Sequence record: SRR31156797_3024
Direction: 5' to 3' (one strand)
DNA length: 39,416 nt
The notes below the pieces were generated by a model that saw only the letters and a list, made by a program, of their open reading frames with translations, was not told where the DNA came from and ran no database searches. The first letter of the stretch is position 1, and every line of letters begins with the position of its first letter. A program made the translations under genes and the position numbers. This document shows, in pieces, positions 30,942 to 39,416 of this stretch.

Positions 30942-31121
30942 GACATACCTACCTTTTTAGTAGAAAAAACACGTACTGATTCGCCGTTGAGCCAGCTATC
31001 TCTTATCTCTAAGAGAGCAGTACACTCTAGATTAATAACAATATGTATAGTGCATAATCCCAGATTATTACTATAGATATTGTTACTTGTTCTTACAGCC
31101 CAATGTCGATTTGATGAAATT

Positions 31122-31163
31122 ACCTTACACTAAAAAAAATTTATAAAACTTAAACTAAATCAA
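31122..31163 (-). promoter_or_regulatory. Candidate FNR class II promoter of pflB
   Basis: Minus-strand TTGATTTAGTTTAA (31163-31150; 8/10 match to TTGAT-N4-ATCAA) and -10 TAAGGT (31127-31122). The spacing puts the box centre at -41.5. Confidence 0.6.
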
Positions 31164-31204
31164 TAAAAGTTGAAAAAATGAAAATAAATGAGTCAATAAC
31201 AAAT

Positions 31205-31227
31205 GGGGTAGCGACATGCGCTACCCC
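31205..31227 (-). terminator. Intrinsic terminator downstream of the DUF3360 gene
   Basis: GGGGTAGCG-ACATG-CGCTACCCC; the minus-strand tail is ATTTGTTATT (imperfect U-tract). Confidence 0.75.
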
Positions 31228-31247
31228 TTGCAATTACTGGCGTAAGC

Positions 31248-32795
31248 TTATAACCAAGCTTTCAAACCATATTGTGCTTCTAGCATACCAACCGCTAGCA
31301 TAGCAACTAGACAGATAATAAACACGGTTACAGGGATAATTATTTTATCCATGAATGATAGACGAGCTGCACGCTCTTTGTCACCAATCAGACCGTTGTT
31401 GTCTAAGAACATGGTTAGTGCCCAAGCTAGAACAGGGTTTGCTACGATTGAAGCGAAGATACAAATACCCGCTGCTTGTGAATCTTTAGTATCGCGAACC
31501 ATCTGCATACCCGCTTCAAGTAGAGGTAAAGATACACCTACTAGTAGAGCAACACGCATTACTGGTGGCCATACCGCAACGTCCATTGGGAAACCAAGAA
31601 TCGCCACAATGATACATAGAGAGCCAAGAAGAATTGCACCCGCCGGAATAGGACGTTTAGCAATCGCTGCAGGGATCATGTAAGTACCCCAAGATGAAGT
31701 AATGTTACCACCACCGACAGCTGTACCCACCATTTGACGGAAAGAACACATGGTCATTGTGTCATCAACGTCCATCAGTACTTTCTCAGTTTTTCTCGGG
31801 TAGTTCATTTCTTGGAAAATACGGTGACCTAGGAAGTCAGGTGACCACATCGCTACTGCAAGAATCGCGAATGGTAAAGATGCAATAAAGTGCTCTACGG
31901 TAGGTAGGCCTAGCATCCAACCTTGTTCAGTGCTACCCCACCAGTATACTGGGTTTAGGTTTGGTAGACCTGTTTTCGTTTCAAATACGATGTCGAAGCC
32001 TGCACCAAATAGCAGCGCAACCGCAAGACCTGTAAATGCACAAACCGGAATCGCTAACCAGCGCATATTGATTTTTGCAAGGAATGCGTAAATACCAACC
32101 GTGATACCCAGAACGACGAAACCAACATAGCCCATGCTACCAGCAGCAACATCAGCAGATTCAAGACCGACTGCCCATGATTGAATGGAGTTGATTTGGC
32201 TGATAGTACCGGTTAGACCCAAGAAGATAAGTAAACCACCGGCAGTACCTTCAGAAGTGAGGTTGACGAGTTTCGAACCGCCTTTAAAAAAGGAGAGTAG
32301 AAGGCCAAAAATACCGATAAGAATAGCGAGAGCTAATGGGTGAGCACCTGCAAGAGCGATAGTACCGATCAATGGAATCATCGGACCGTGGTTACCCGCA
32401 AGGTTTGCTTTCGGGTTAAATACCCCGGAGGCTAAAATACAGAATAGTAGTGCAGGAATTAACATTTCTACACGTGCTACTTCAATTGCAAATTCTTTTG
32501 TTAGATGAACGTGATCCCAAGCTTGAGTTAAGCCTTCCGCCCAAGACATCATAACTGCTGAGTACATCGCGATAATGCCGATAGTACCAGCTAGAGCAGG
32601 AACAAAATCTTCAAGTTCGAATCGGAAATCGCGACCTGGCAAGTTCAAACCAAAGCGGCGTGGTTTCATGATTTGTAGTTCATGATCTAAGTAATCTGAA
32701 CGGCTGTCGAACTCAGATGCTGGACGATGAAGCTCACTGTAGCTCTTAGTCTCGATATCTGAATCAGAATGCGCTTTATTCACTGCTTCTGACAT
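31248..32795 (-). CDS. DUF3360-family polytopic inner-membrane protein (putative transporter)
   Basis: 515 aa from ATG at 32795 (GAGGA RBS); more than 10 hydrophobic segments. SYSELHRPASEF..R..YL.HEL.IM.P N-terminus recalled as DUF3360; directly upstream of pflB. Confidence 0.8.
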   Translation of the reverse strand: MSEAVNKAHSDSDIETKSYSELHRPASEFDSRSDYLDHELQIMKPRRFGLNLPGRDFRFELEDFVPALAGTIGIIAMYSAVMMSWAEGLTQAWDHVHLTKEFAIEVARVEMLIPALLFCILASGVFNPKANLAGNHGPMIPLIGTIALAGAHPLALAILIGIFGLLLSFFKGGSKLVNLTSEGTAGGLLIFLGLTGTISQINSIQSWAVGLESADVAAGSMGYVGFVVLGITVGIYAFLAKINMRWLAIPVCAFTGLAVALLFGAGFDIVFETKTGLPNLNPVYWWGSTEQGWMLGLPTVEHFIASLPFAILAVAMWSPDFLGHRIFQEMNYPRKTEKVLMDVDDTMTMCSFRQMVGTAVGGGNITSSWGTYMIPAAIAKRPIPAGAILLGSLCIIVAILGFPMDVAVWPPVMRVALLVGVSLPLLEAGMQMVRDTKDSQAAGICIFASIVANPVLAWALTMFLDNNGLIGDKERAARLSFMDKIIIPVTVFIICLVAMLAVGMLEAQYGLKAWL

Positions 32796-32960
32796 AGATT
32801 CCTCATTTATATAAAGTTTATTAATTCTGAAATGAATTCTGCTTAATGTCCGCAAAAGCGAAAGTTTCGGCTGAATATGTAACACGTTTCTCTTGTGCTT
32901 TATAGCATCATAGCCAACGAAATAATAATGGGCATTAGAATCGCCTTATATTTAGTGGCG

Positions 32961-33002
32961 AGTTTAACGTGCTAACCTTTTGTTGTGATTGATCTTGATC
33001 AC
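32961..33002 (-). promoter_or_regulatory. Candidate FNR class II promoter of the DUF3360 gene
   Basis: TTGATCTTGATCAC at 32989-33002 (9/10 match to the FNR consensus) and minus-strand -10 TAAACT (32966-32961); box centre at -41.5. Confidence 0.7.
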
Positions 33003-33264
33003 TTTAGTTATGGAAATGAAATAAAACTACATCCGTGTAATGAAATCAGACACATAGCGTATTTAATTCTGAAATTTTTTTTCAGTGCGTGATGTTTATG
33101 ACGAGTTTATATACGAGTCTAGTTTAGTATTTGACCATGCATAAAGTGATAAAAGAAAAGATGGCTTTAAGTCTTGTTTTTATGATTTTGTTAAATCGAT
33201 TGCCGATAAAAGGGTTGGCTAGGAATGTCTTTATATGCGTACTTTGAAGAAGAAATAGCCAAAT

Positions 33265-33303
33265 TATGAATTTATACTCACATAATATAATTATTTATTT
33301 CAA
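33265..33303 (+). promoter_or_regulatory. Tandem ARG boxes (ArgR operator)
   Basis: TATGAATTTATACTCACA (33265-33282), a 3-bp spacer, then a weaker TATAATTATTTATTTCAA (33286-33303); consensus WNTGAATAWWWATTCANW. Confidence 0.6.
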
Positions 33304-33323
33304 TTTTGCAGGTTAATAATTTG

Positions 33324-33352
33324 TTGCATGTTGCGCGCGTGAGTGCTAATTT
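33324..33352 (+). promoter_or_regulatory. Candidate sigma70 promoter of the amino-acid ABC operon
   Basis: TTGCAT-N17-TAATTT with an extended -10 TG. Confidence 0.45.
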
Positions 33353-33411
33353 GTATCGGAAATTGAGCTGGAATGCTCTGCAGTATCATAAAATACAGGG
33401 AGTTAAAGCGC

Positions 33412-34182
33412 ATGAATGAAGTACCAGCGCTCGATATAAAAGAACTGCACAAAACATTTGGTCAGAATGAAGTACTGAAAGGCATCTCACTTCAAGCCCA
33501 TAAGGGTGACGTGATCTCGATTATCGGTTCTTCAGGTTCTGGCAAAAGTACCTTTCTTAGATGCATCAATTTATTAGAGACCCCAACAGAGGGCGAAATT
33601 TGGGTTAATGGTGAATTAATTCAGATGAAGAAAAACCGTCAAGGTATCGCTCTTCCTGCGAATGAGAAACAAGTTCAGCGTATACGTTCGCGCTTAGCCA
33701 TGGTTTTTCAGGGATTTAATCTCTGGTCACATATGACAGTGTTAGAAAATGTCATCGAAGCACCCGTGCATGTCCTGGGCATTCCTAAGGCAGAAGCAAT
33801 CCAAAAAGCAGAAGCACTACTCCAGAAAGTGGGGCTCTATGAGCGAAAAGATTACTATCCAGGCCATTTGTCTGGCGGTCAGCAACAACGTGCCGCAATC
33901 GCTCGGGCTCTTGCAGTAGACCCAGAGGTCTTGTTATTTGATGAACCAACATCAGCACTCGATCCAGAGCTTGTTGGTGAAGTGTTAGGGGTTATGCGCT
34001 CACTCGCTGAAGAAGGCCGAACCATGCTGGTGGTGACACACGAAATGGCATTTGCGCGCGATGTTTCAAATCATGTCATGTTCTTACATCAAGGATTAGT
34101 TGAAGAGCAGGGCGATCCTAAGAAACTGTTTAGTAACCCAGATTCTGACCGACTTAAGCAGTTTATCTCTTCAATTTACTAA
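33412..34182 (+). CDS. Polar amino-acid ABC transporter ATP-binding protein (HisP/AotP type)
   Basis: [52 protein letters not shown] at 33412 follows AGGGAG. Confidence 0.92.
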   Translation: MNEVPALDIKELHKTFGQNEVLKGISLQAHKGDVISIIGSSGSGKSTFLRCINLLETPTEGEIWVNGELIQMKKNRQGIALPANEKQVQRIRSRLAMVFQGFNLWSHMTVLENVIEAPVHVLGIPKAEAIQKAEALLQKVGLYERKDYYPGHLSGGQQQRAAIARALAVDPEVLLFDEPTSALDPELVGEVLGVMRSLAEEGRTMLVVTHEMAFARDVSNHVMFLHQGLVEEQGDPKKLFSNPDSDRLKQFISSIY

Positions 34183-34274
34183 ATTCTCTCGGTTTGCCGT
34201 GGCATTTTGCTATGGGCGAACTGAGGTAATAAAAGCTATAAAAAATAGAACACAACAATCACAGGAGTATGGAA

Positions 34275-35051
34275 ATGAAAAAGTGGTTATTAGTTGCAGC
34301 GATGGCTGCTACAGCTGCAACCGGTGTTGCCCAAGCGAAAGAGTGGAAAACCGTTCGTTTTGGTATTGAAGGTGCTTACCCTCCATTTAGTTGGACAGAA
34401 GCTGACGGCTCTCTGAAAGGTTTTGACGTTGATATGGCTAATGCTCTTTGTCAAGAGATGGCTGTGCAGTGCAAAATTGTACCTCAAGATTGGGACGGTA
34501 TTATCCCTTCACTTTTAGCTCGTAAGTACGATGCGATCATCGCAGCGATGTCTATTACCGAAGAGCGTAAGAAAAAAATCGACTTCACGCATAAGTATGC
34601 ACTTATCCCAAACAAGTTTATTGCTAAAAAAGGCGCAGGTTTAGAGTTCTCTAAAGATGGTCTTAAAGGCGTTAAAATTGGTGTTCAGCGCGCTACCACG
34701 CACGATAAATACCTAACAGACAACTATGGCGATTCTGTAGAAATCGTTCGTTATGGCTCATTCGATGAAGCATACCTGGATTTAGCTAATGGCCGAATTG
34801 TGGCTGTGTTAGGTGATGCGTCAGCACTTGAAGATGGCGTTTTAAACAAAGCCGGTGGTGAAGCCTACGAGTTCGTTGGTCCGTCGCTGACTGACCCTAA
34901 GTGGTTTGGTGAAGGCTTCGGTATTGCAACTCGTAAACAAGATAAAGACCTAACGGAAAAACTCAACGGTGCTATCGATGCACTGCGTGAAAAAGGTGTT
35001 TATCAGGAAATCGCATCGAAATACTTCAAATACGACGTATACGGTGATTAA
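34275..35051 (+). CDS. Periplasmic basic amino-acid binding protein (ArgT/HisJ/AotJ type)
   Basis: Signal peptide (AQA), EGAYPPF, GFDVD, WDGIIPSL, MSITEERKK. ATG at 34275 is 7 nt after AGGAG. Confidence 0.92.
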   Translation: MKKWLLVAAMAATAATGVAQAKEWKTVRFGIEGAYPPFSWTEADGSLKGFDVDMANALCQEMAVQCKIVPQDWDGIIPSLLARKYDAIIAAMSITEERKKKIDFTHKYALIPNKFIAKKGAGLEFSKDGLKGVKIGVQRATTHDKYLTDNYGDSVEIVRYGSFDEAYLDLANGRIVAVLGDASALEDGVLNKAGGEAYEFVGPSLTDPKWFGEGFGIATRKQDKDLTEKLNGAIDALREKGVYQEIASKYFKYDVYGD

Positions 35052-35171
35052 TAAAAGCCTTTTATGTCTGACTAGAAGGGCATAAATAAAAAGGGCATCT
35101 TGGCTGTTGGCGCGTTCCTAGTTCGTTGCAGTACCCAACAGCTAAGTTATTCTAAAGACTAGGAAGTTTTT

Positions 35172-35903
35172 ATGCTTGATCTACAGGGATATGAAGCCTC
35201 GATTGCGAAAGGGGCAATACTTACAATTGAAGTCGCCGTACTTTCATTAATTCTAGCGGTCGTGCTCGGCATGTTGGGAGCTATCGCCAAAATCTCACCA
35301 TACCGTTGGGCGCGAGTCATTGCTACCGTGTACACAACGATCATTCGTGGCATTCCAGACTTAGTTCTGATGATGTTGATTTTCTTTGGTGGTCAAATTT
35401 TATTGAATAACAGCCTTTACTCCATCAATGAAACACTGAATGGTTGGTTCAGTACGGGCGATGAATGGGTTCAATATTTGCCGGATTACATCGACGTGAG
35501 TCCATTCGTTGCGGGGATACTCACCATCGGCTTTATCTTCGGCGCATACATGGCTGAAACTTTTCGTGGTGCCATTATGGCGGTAGACAAAGGTGAACTC
35601 GAAGCCGCAAAAGCTTACGGTATGAACGCAGTATTGTCGTTTCGCCGGATTCTATTACCACAAATGATTCGTCACGCTTTGCCTGGTTTTGGTAACAACT
35701 GGCTGGTGTTGCTTAAGACAACCGCACTTGTCTCGATTATCGGGCTGGAAGATATGGTTCGAGTTAGTTCATTAGCCGCGGGCTCAACTAAGATGCCATT
35801 TACTTTTTATATGACGGTATCACTTGTTTTCCTTCTGTTTACGAGCATCTCGACTGGTTTACTGAAGTTGGTTGAACGCAAATTTAGCATTCATACGAGG
35901 TAA
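35172..35903 (+). CDS. Amino-acid ABC transporter permease (HisQ/AotQ type)
   Basis: IRGIPDLV, AYMAETFRG, EAA motif (GELEAAKAYGM). Confidence 0.92.
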   Translation: MLDLQGYEASIAKGAILTIEVAVLSLILAVVLGMLGAIAKISPYRWARVIATVYTTIIRGIPDLVLMMLIFFGGQILLNNSLYSINETLNGWFSTGDEWVQYLPDYIDVSPFVAGILTIGFIFGAYMAETFRGAIMAVDKGELEAAKAYGMNAVLSFRRILLPQMIRHALPGFGNNWLVLLKTTALVSIIGLEDMVRVSSLAAGSTKMPFTFYMTVSLVFLLFTSISTGLLKLVERKFSIHTR

Positions 35904-35905
35904 AT

Positions 35906-36583
35906 ATGGATTTTTCGTTGATTATTGAAAGCCTTCCTATTTACTTTGAAGGCTTGTGGACGACGGTTTGGCTGGTTGGATTATCATTAATTATTGGTAT
36001 CTGTATTGCCATTCCTCTCGCCGTTGCACGTAACAGTAGAAACTATGTGCTTAGCTTACCATCGTGGGGATATATTTATTTTTTCCGTGGTACACCTTTG
36101 CTTGTTCAGCTTTATCTGATTTATTACGGTATGGACCAATTCTTCCCAGTGAAAGATACCCCGTGGGAAAACGCCTGGTTCTGTGCGCTGGTTGCTTTTG
36201 TATTAAACACATCTGCATATACCGCAGAAATCGTGCGCGGCGCGATCAATGGCTTGCCGAAAGGGGAAGTTGAAGCAGCGAAAGCGTACGGTATGAGTGT
36301 GTCTAAAACTTATCGTCGCATCATTTTACCGAGTGCTTTACGCAGAGCGTTACCGGCTTACAGTAATGAAGTGATATTTATGCTTCATGGTAGTGCGGTT
36401 GCAGGTATCGTGACCATTATGGACTTAACAGGGGCAGCACGCTTGGTGAATTCTCGTTATTACGCGCCATTTGAGTCATTCCTGACTGCAGGGCTGTTCT
36501 ATATGAGTTTAACCTTCATCATCCTTTGGTGTTTTAAAGGCGCGGAGAAGCGGTTTTTACGGTATTTACGCCCACTGAGTTAA
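35906..36583 (+). CDS. Amino-acid ABC transporter permease (HisM/AotM type)
   Basis: FRGTPLLVQL, AYTAEIVRG, EAA motif, LRRALPAYSNE. Confidence 0.92.
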   Translation: MDFSLIIESLPIYFEGLWTTVWLVGLSLIIGICIAIPLAVARNSRNYVLSLPSWGYIYFFRGTPLLVQLYLIYYGMDQFFPVKDTPWENAWFCALVAFVLNTSAYTAEIVRGAINGLPKGEVEAAKAYGMSVSKTYRRIILPSALRRALPAYSNEVIFMLHGSAVAGIVTIMDLTGAARLVNSRYYAPFESFLTAGLFYMSLTFIILWCFKGAEKRFLRYLRPLS

Positions 36584-36592
36584 ACGAACTCC

Positions 36593-36623
36593 AAAAAAAC
36601 AGCCCCCAAATGGGGCTGTTTTT
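36593..36623. terminator. Bidirectional terminator (ABC operon / xthA)
   Basis: AAAAAAACAGCCCC-CAAAT-GGGGCTGTTTTT. Confidence 0.85.
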
Positions 36624-36636
36624 GATTAACTGAACA

Positions 36637-37443
36637 TTATTTGAATACTGACCAGATAGGGGCATGATCAGAGGGTTTTTCAATCCCTCTTAGTTCATAG
36701 TCAATACCCGCTTCAGTACATTTTTGAGCTAAAGACGGTGTTGCTAAAATAACGTCGATGCGGAGGCCACGGTTATCGTCGAAGCCACGAGAACGATAGT
36801 CAAACCACGAAAACTGATCGGTAACGGTTGGGTATAGGTTACGAAACGTGTCTTCAAAACCCCAGTCAGTCAGGGTTTTTAGCCACTCTCTTTCTTCTGG
36901 CTGGAATGAACATTTGCCTGTTTTTAGCCAACGTTTGCGGTTTACATCACCAATACCAATATCTGAATCGATTGGACTTATGTTGATATCGCCCATTACG
37001 ATCACTTGTTCATCATTATTGTGATAGTCATTTAGATAAGTCATCAAATCTTTATAGAACTGGCGCTTGTATGGGTATTTTGTCTCGTGACTAATATTAT
37101 CACCCTGAGGGAAGTAGCCATTTAGCACCGTGACTTTTTCACCATTGTCATCGAGTAGCGTCACCATGATCATACGTTTTTGGTGTTCATCATTATCCGT
37201 TGGGAAACCTCGGCGAACTTCGATAGGTTCTTTTTTACACAGCATCGCAACACCATAGTGCGCTTTTTGGCCATGGAAGTAGACGTGGTAGCCCATCGCT
37301 TCGACATCTTCAATTGGGAAGGCTTCATCATGAACTTTGATCTCTTGAAGACCAATAACATCAGGTTGATGTTTGTCTATAAGTGCCTGCAATTGGTGAA
37401 GTCTGGCACGCAAGCCATTGATATTAAAGCTGATGACTTTCAT
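36637..37443 (-). CDS. xthA: Exodeoxyribonuclease III
   Basis: [41 protein letters not shown]. Confidence 0.97.
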   Translation of the reverse strand: MKVISFNINGLRARLHQLQALIDKHQPDVIGLQEIKVHDEAFPIEDVEAMGYHVYFHGQKAHYGVAMLCKKEPIEVRRGFPTDNDEHQKRMIMVTLLDDNGEKVTVLNGYFPQGDNISHETKYPYKRQFYKDLMTYLNDYHNNDEQVIVMGDINISPIDSDIGIGDVNRKRWLKTGKCSFQPEEREWLKTLTDWGFEDTFRNLYPTVTDQFSWFDYRSRGFDDNRGLRIDVILATPSLAQKCTEAGIDYELRGIEKPSDHAPIWSVFK

Positions 37444-37739
37444 TAATAGTCCTTGATTATCATTGTTGTTAGATTGCTGCTCAGAAAAGAGGTCAATTTA
37501 GTCAGCAAAGGCGAACGCTTTGATACTATCATTTAGCATGATAAGAACAAAACCCTGTAACTAATGGCGATTATTGTGTCAGAACTAAGTGTTTTTTATG
37601 TCATAAAATTGTTGATAAATCGCTAGATTATGGTCTAATTTTGGGCTAACTCATCGGTTTGAATGAGTTTTCCAGCTTCGTTAGTTAATATTCAAATGGT
37701 TAACTTTCTTGGAGTAAAACGCAAGCATAAGGATGTTGT

Positions 37740-39416
37740 ATGCGCACACTATCAGTTCAGTGGAAAATTACGCTGCTAGCGGGATTTTGCCTTCTTATTA
37801 CTTCTCTCTCTCTAATTGGTTTTTCTGTTTATAACGCAGTGAGCAATCAGCAAATCATTAAACATCAAAGTGCTGAATCGGTAATCAGTAAGTCGCAACA
37901 ATTGTTGCGGACTCGAGCTCAGCTTAATGCGACCGAAATTTCAGAATATCTGAGTGAAGCAACTTATCGCGCAGAGATGCTTGCTTCCAATGCACTGTTT
38001 CTAAAGAAAAACTCAGAAGACAACTTTGGTGAAAGTGAAACGCTTCGTACTGCGCTCAATGAAATGACGCATAAGTCTGTGTTGGATTTCCCAACCATTC
38101 AAGGGGCATATCTGGTTTTCACTGCTGATGCGTTGGATTCTGAAGACAGTAATTATGTGAATGCAGAATATGTCGGGTCGAATGATGCGGGGCGTTTTGC
38201 CCCATACTGGAGAACCACAGAGGCAGGGCAAGATGCGGTTAATCAAGTTCTTCTAGAGAAAGCGTTATCAGCCCCGGAAAACAAAGAACGCTTTGGTTGC
38301 CCTATTCAACAGGGAACGCAGTGCATCACAACCCCGAGAATGATTGTTCAAGGCAGTGAGCAGTTCCTCGCGGCTTCTATTTCCGTTCCTATTATTGTTG
38401 ATGATGAATCGATCGGTTTTTATGGCATTGATTTAAAGCTGGACCCTCTGGTTGCGATAGCGCAAGAGTCTGACCGCAGCTTGTTTAATGGCGAAGGTAA
38501 GATCTTCATGGTTAGTATGGATGGAACCTTAATCGCCAGCGATGATCAGTCTCTAAATATCGGTCAACCGTTTTCAGGTTCAACTTTGTCCCAACAGCAA
38601 GTCAGTGAGCTGCTATCAGAAAAGTCGGTTCAATCACAATGGAGTGATGATGGCCAATGGATGACGGTGTTTGCACCTATTTCCGTTGCTAACCAAACCT
38701 GGGGTGTCATTTTTGAAATGCCTCGTAGCAGCGTATTAAAAGATGCAGACCAACTGGATATGGTGATCACGGCGCAAGTTGAGAGCGGCGTAAAAATGGA
38801 GCTGATTGCAGGTGCACTGTTTGCAGTGATTGGTTTAACGATTATCGCCTTCACGGCTTCGCGTATTGTTAAGCCTATTCGGGATGTTGTGACTCGTCTT
38901 GAAGATATTGCACAGGGAGAAGGGGACTTAACTCAGCGCTTAAATGTTACGTCTAAAGATGAGATCGGCCAGCTCGCTCACGGATTTAACCTTTTCTTAG
39001 ATAAGTTACAAACGACAATCAAACAAGTGATAGAAACCACCCACTCTGTTGCCCAGACTACAGAGAAAGCTAAGGTCACCGCTGCAGAAACGCGTCAAAG
39101 TAGTGAAGCGCAATTTAAAGAAGTTGACTTAGTCGCCACTGCATCAGAAGAGATGACTCAAACTGCAAGTCTGGTGGTGCATAATGCTGAAAATGCTGTT
39201 CAAGCCGCAGAACAAGCCAATGCTTCCGCTCAGGTTGGTCGTACCGTGATTAAGACTTCGGAAAGTGAAATGTTAAACCTGGTCGAAACTATGAGCCACG
39301 CGGTGCCAATGGTCGAAGAGCTGGCTCGTAACAATGTTAACATCACTGCTATCTTAGAAGTGATTGAAGGCATCTCTGAGCAAACCAACTTGTTAGCATT
39401 GAATGCAGCGATTGAG
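37740..39416 (+). CDS. Methyl-accepting chemotaxis protein with Cache-type sensor domain (truncated by the window end; not in ORF track)
   Basis: ATG at 37740 after AAGGA gives MRTLSVQWKITLLAGFCLL; GRFAPYW, second TM, HAMP (GEGDLTQRL..DEIGQLA). The frame ends at ..[13 protein letters not shown]. Confidence 0.93.
   Translation, partial: MRTLSVQWKITLLAGFCLLITSLSLIGFSVYNAVSNQQIIKHQSAESVISKSQQLLRTRAQLNATEISEYLSEATYRAEMLASNALFLKKNSEDNFGESETLRTALNEMTHKSVLDFPTIQGAYLVFTADALDSEDSNYVNAEYVGSNDAGRFAPYWRTTEAGQDAVNQVLLEKALSAPENKERFGCPIQQGTQCITTPRMIVQGSEQFLAASISVPIIVDDESIGFYGIDLKLDPLVAIAQESDRSLFNGEGKIFMVSMDGTLIASDDQSLNIGQPFSGSTLSQQQVSELLSEKSVQSQWSDDGQWMTVFAPISVANQTWGVIFEMPRSSVLKDADQLDMVITAQVESGVKMELIAGALFAVIGLTIIAFTASRIVKPIRDVVTRLEDIAQGEGDLTQRLNVTSKDEIGQLAHGFNLFLDKLQTTIKQVIETTHSVAQTTEKAKVTAAETRQSSEAQFKEVDLVATASEEMTQTASLVVHNAENAVQAAEQANASAQVGRTVIKTSESEMLNLVETMSHAVPMVEELARNNVNITAILEVIEGISEQTNLLALNAAIE

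Noticed and set aside
30942-31120. pfl (ZTP) riboswitch in the pflB leader
   Set aside because: The name is suggestive, but I cannot find the GC-rich conserved core or pseudoknot; the leader is AU-rich.
32821-33075. 13-bp direct repeat TTAATTCTGAAAT at 32821 and 33063
   Set aside because: Only two copies in very AT-rich DNA with no element between them; may be chance.
33183-33209. Sigma28 promoter (GCCGATAA at 33202-33209)
   Set aside because: No TAAA at the correct 15-bp spacing and no motility gene downstream.
122-38854. Numerous 60-145 aa antisense or alternate-frame ORFs in the track (e.g. 677-1054, 4448-4804, 26697-27134, 38013-38246, 38630-38854)
   Set aside because: Nearly all are shadows of conserved genes and show no family motifs; the last two lie antisense to the terminal MCP.
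1-39416. Mobile elements, prophage, CRISPR, integron cassettes, defence systems, tRNA/rRNA
   Set aside because: No integrase/transposase, repeat-spacer array, attC-like repeats or structural RNA signature seen. Gene order and composition look like continuous core genome.

Overview
This window is core chromosomal DNA from a Vibrio-like gammaproteobacterium. The gene order is ndh, GNAT, csiV, mfd, PilZ(plzB-like), lolCDE, DUF2062, comEC-msbA-lpxK-ycaR-kdsB, ycgB(SpoVR)-yeaH-yeaG, mipA/ompV, yfbU, orphan ECF/CbiM-type permease, pflA, MCP, lpxR, pflB, DUF3360, a polar amino-acid (Arg/Orn-type) ABC transporter, xthA and a truncated MCP. From memory this matches the V. cholerae VC1890-VC1859 region, but without bap1. 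I see no mobile element, CRISPR array, tRNA/rRNA or defence island. Two real genes are missing from the supplied ORF track: ycaR (16132-16311) and the terminal MCP (37740 to the window end). The best candidate for an undercharacterised system is an anaerobic pyruvate-formate-lyase module. The uncharacterised DUF3360 membrane protein sits where focA sits in E. coli. It and pflB each have an FNR-like box at exactly the same distance from a -10 hexamer, and pflB has a long, strongly structured leader. All calls come from reading motifs by eye and from recalled family knowledge; no searches were run.
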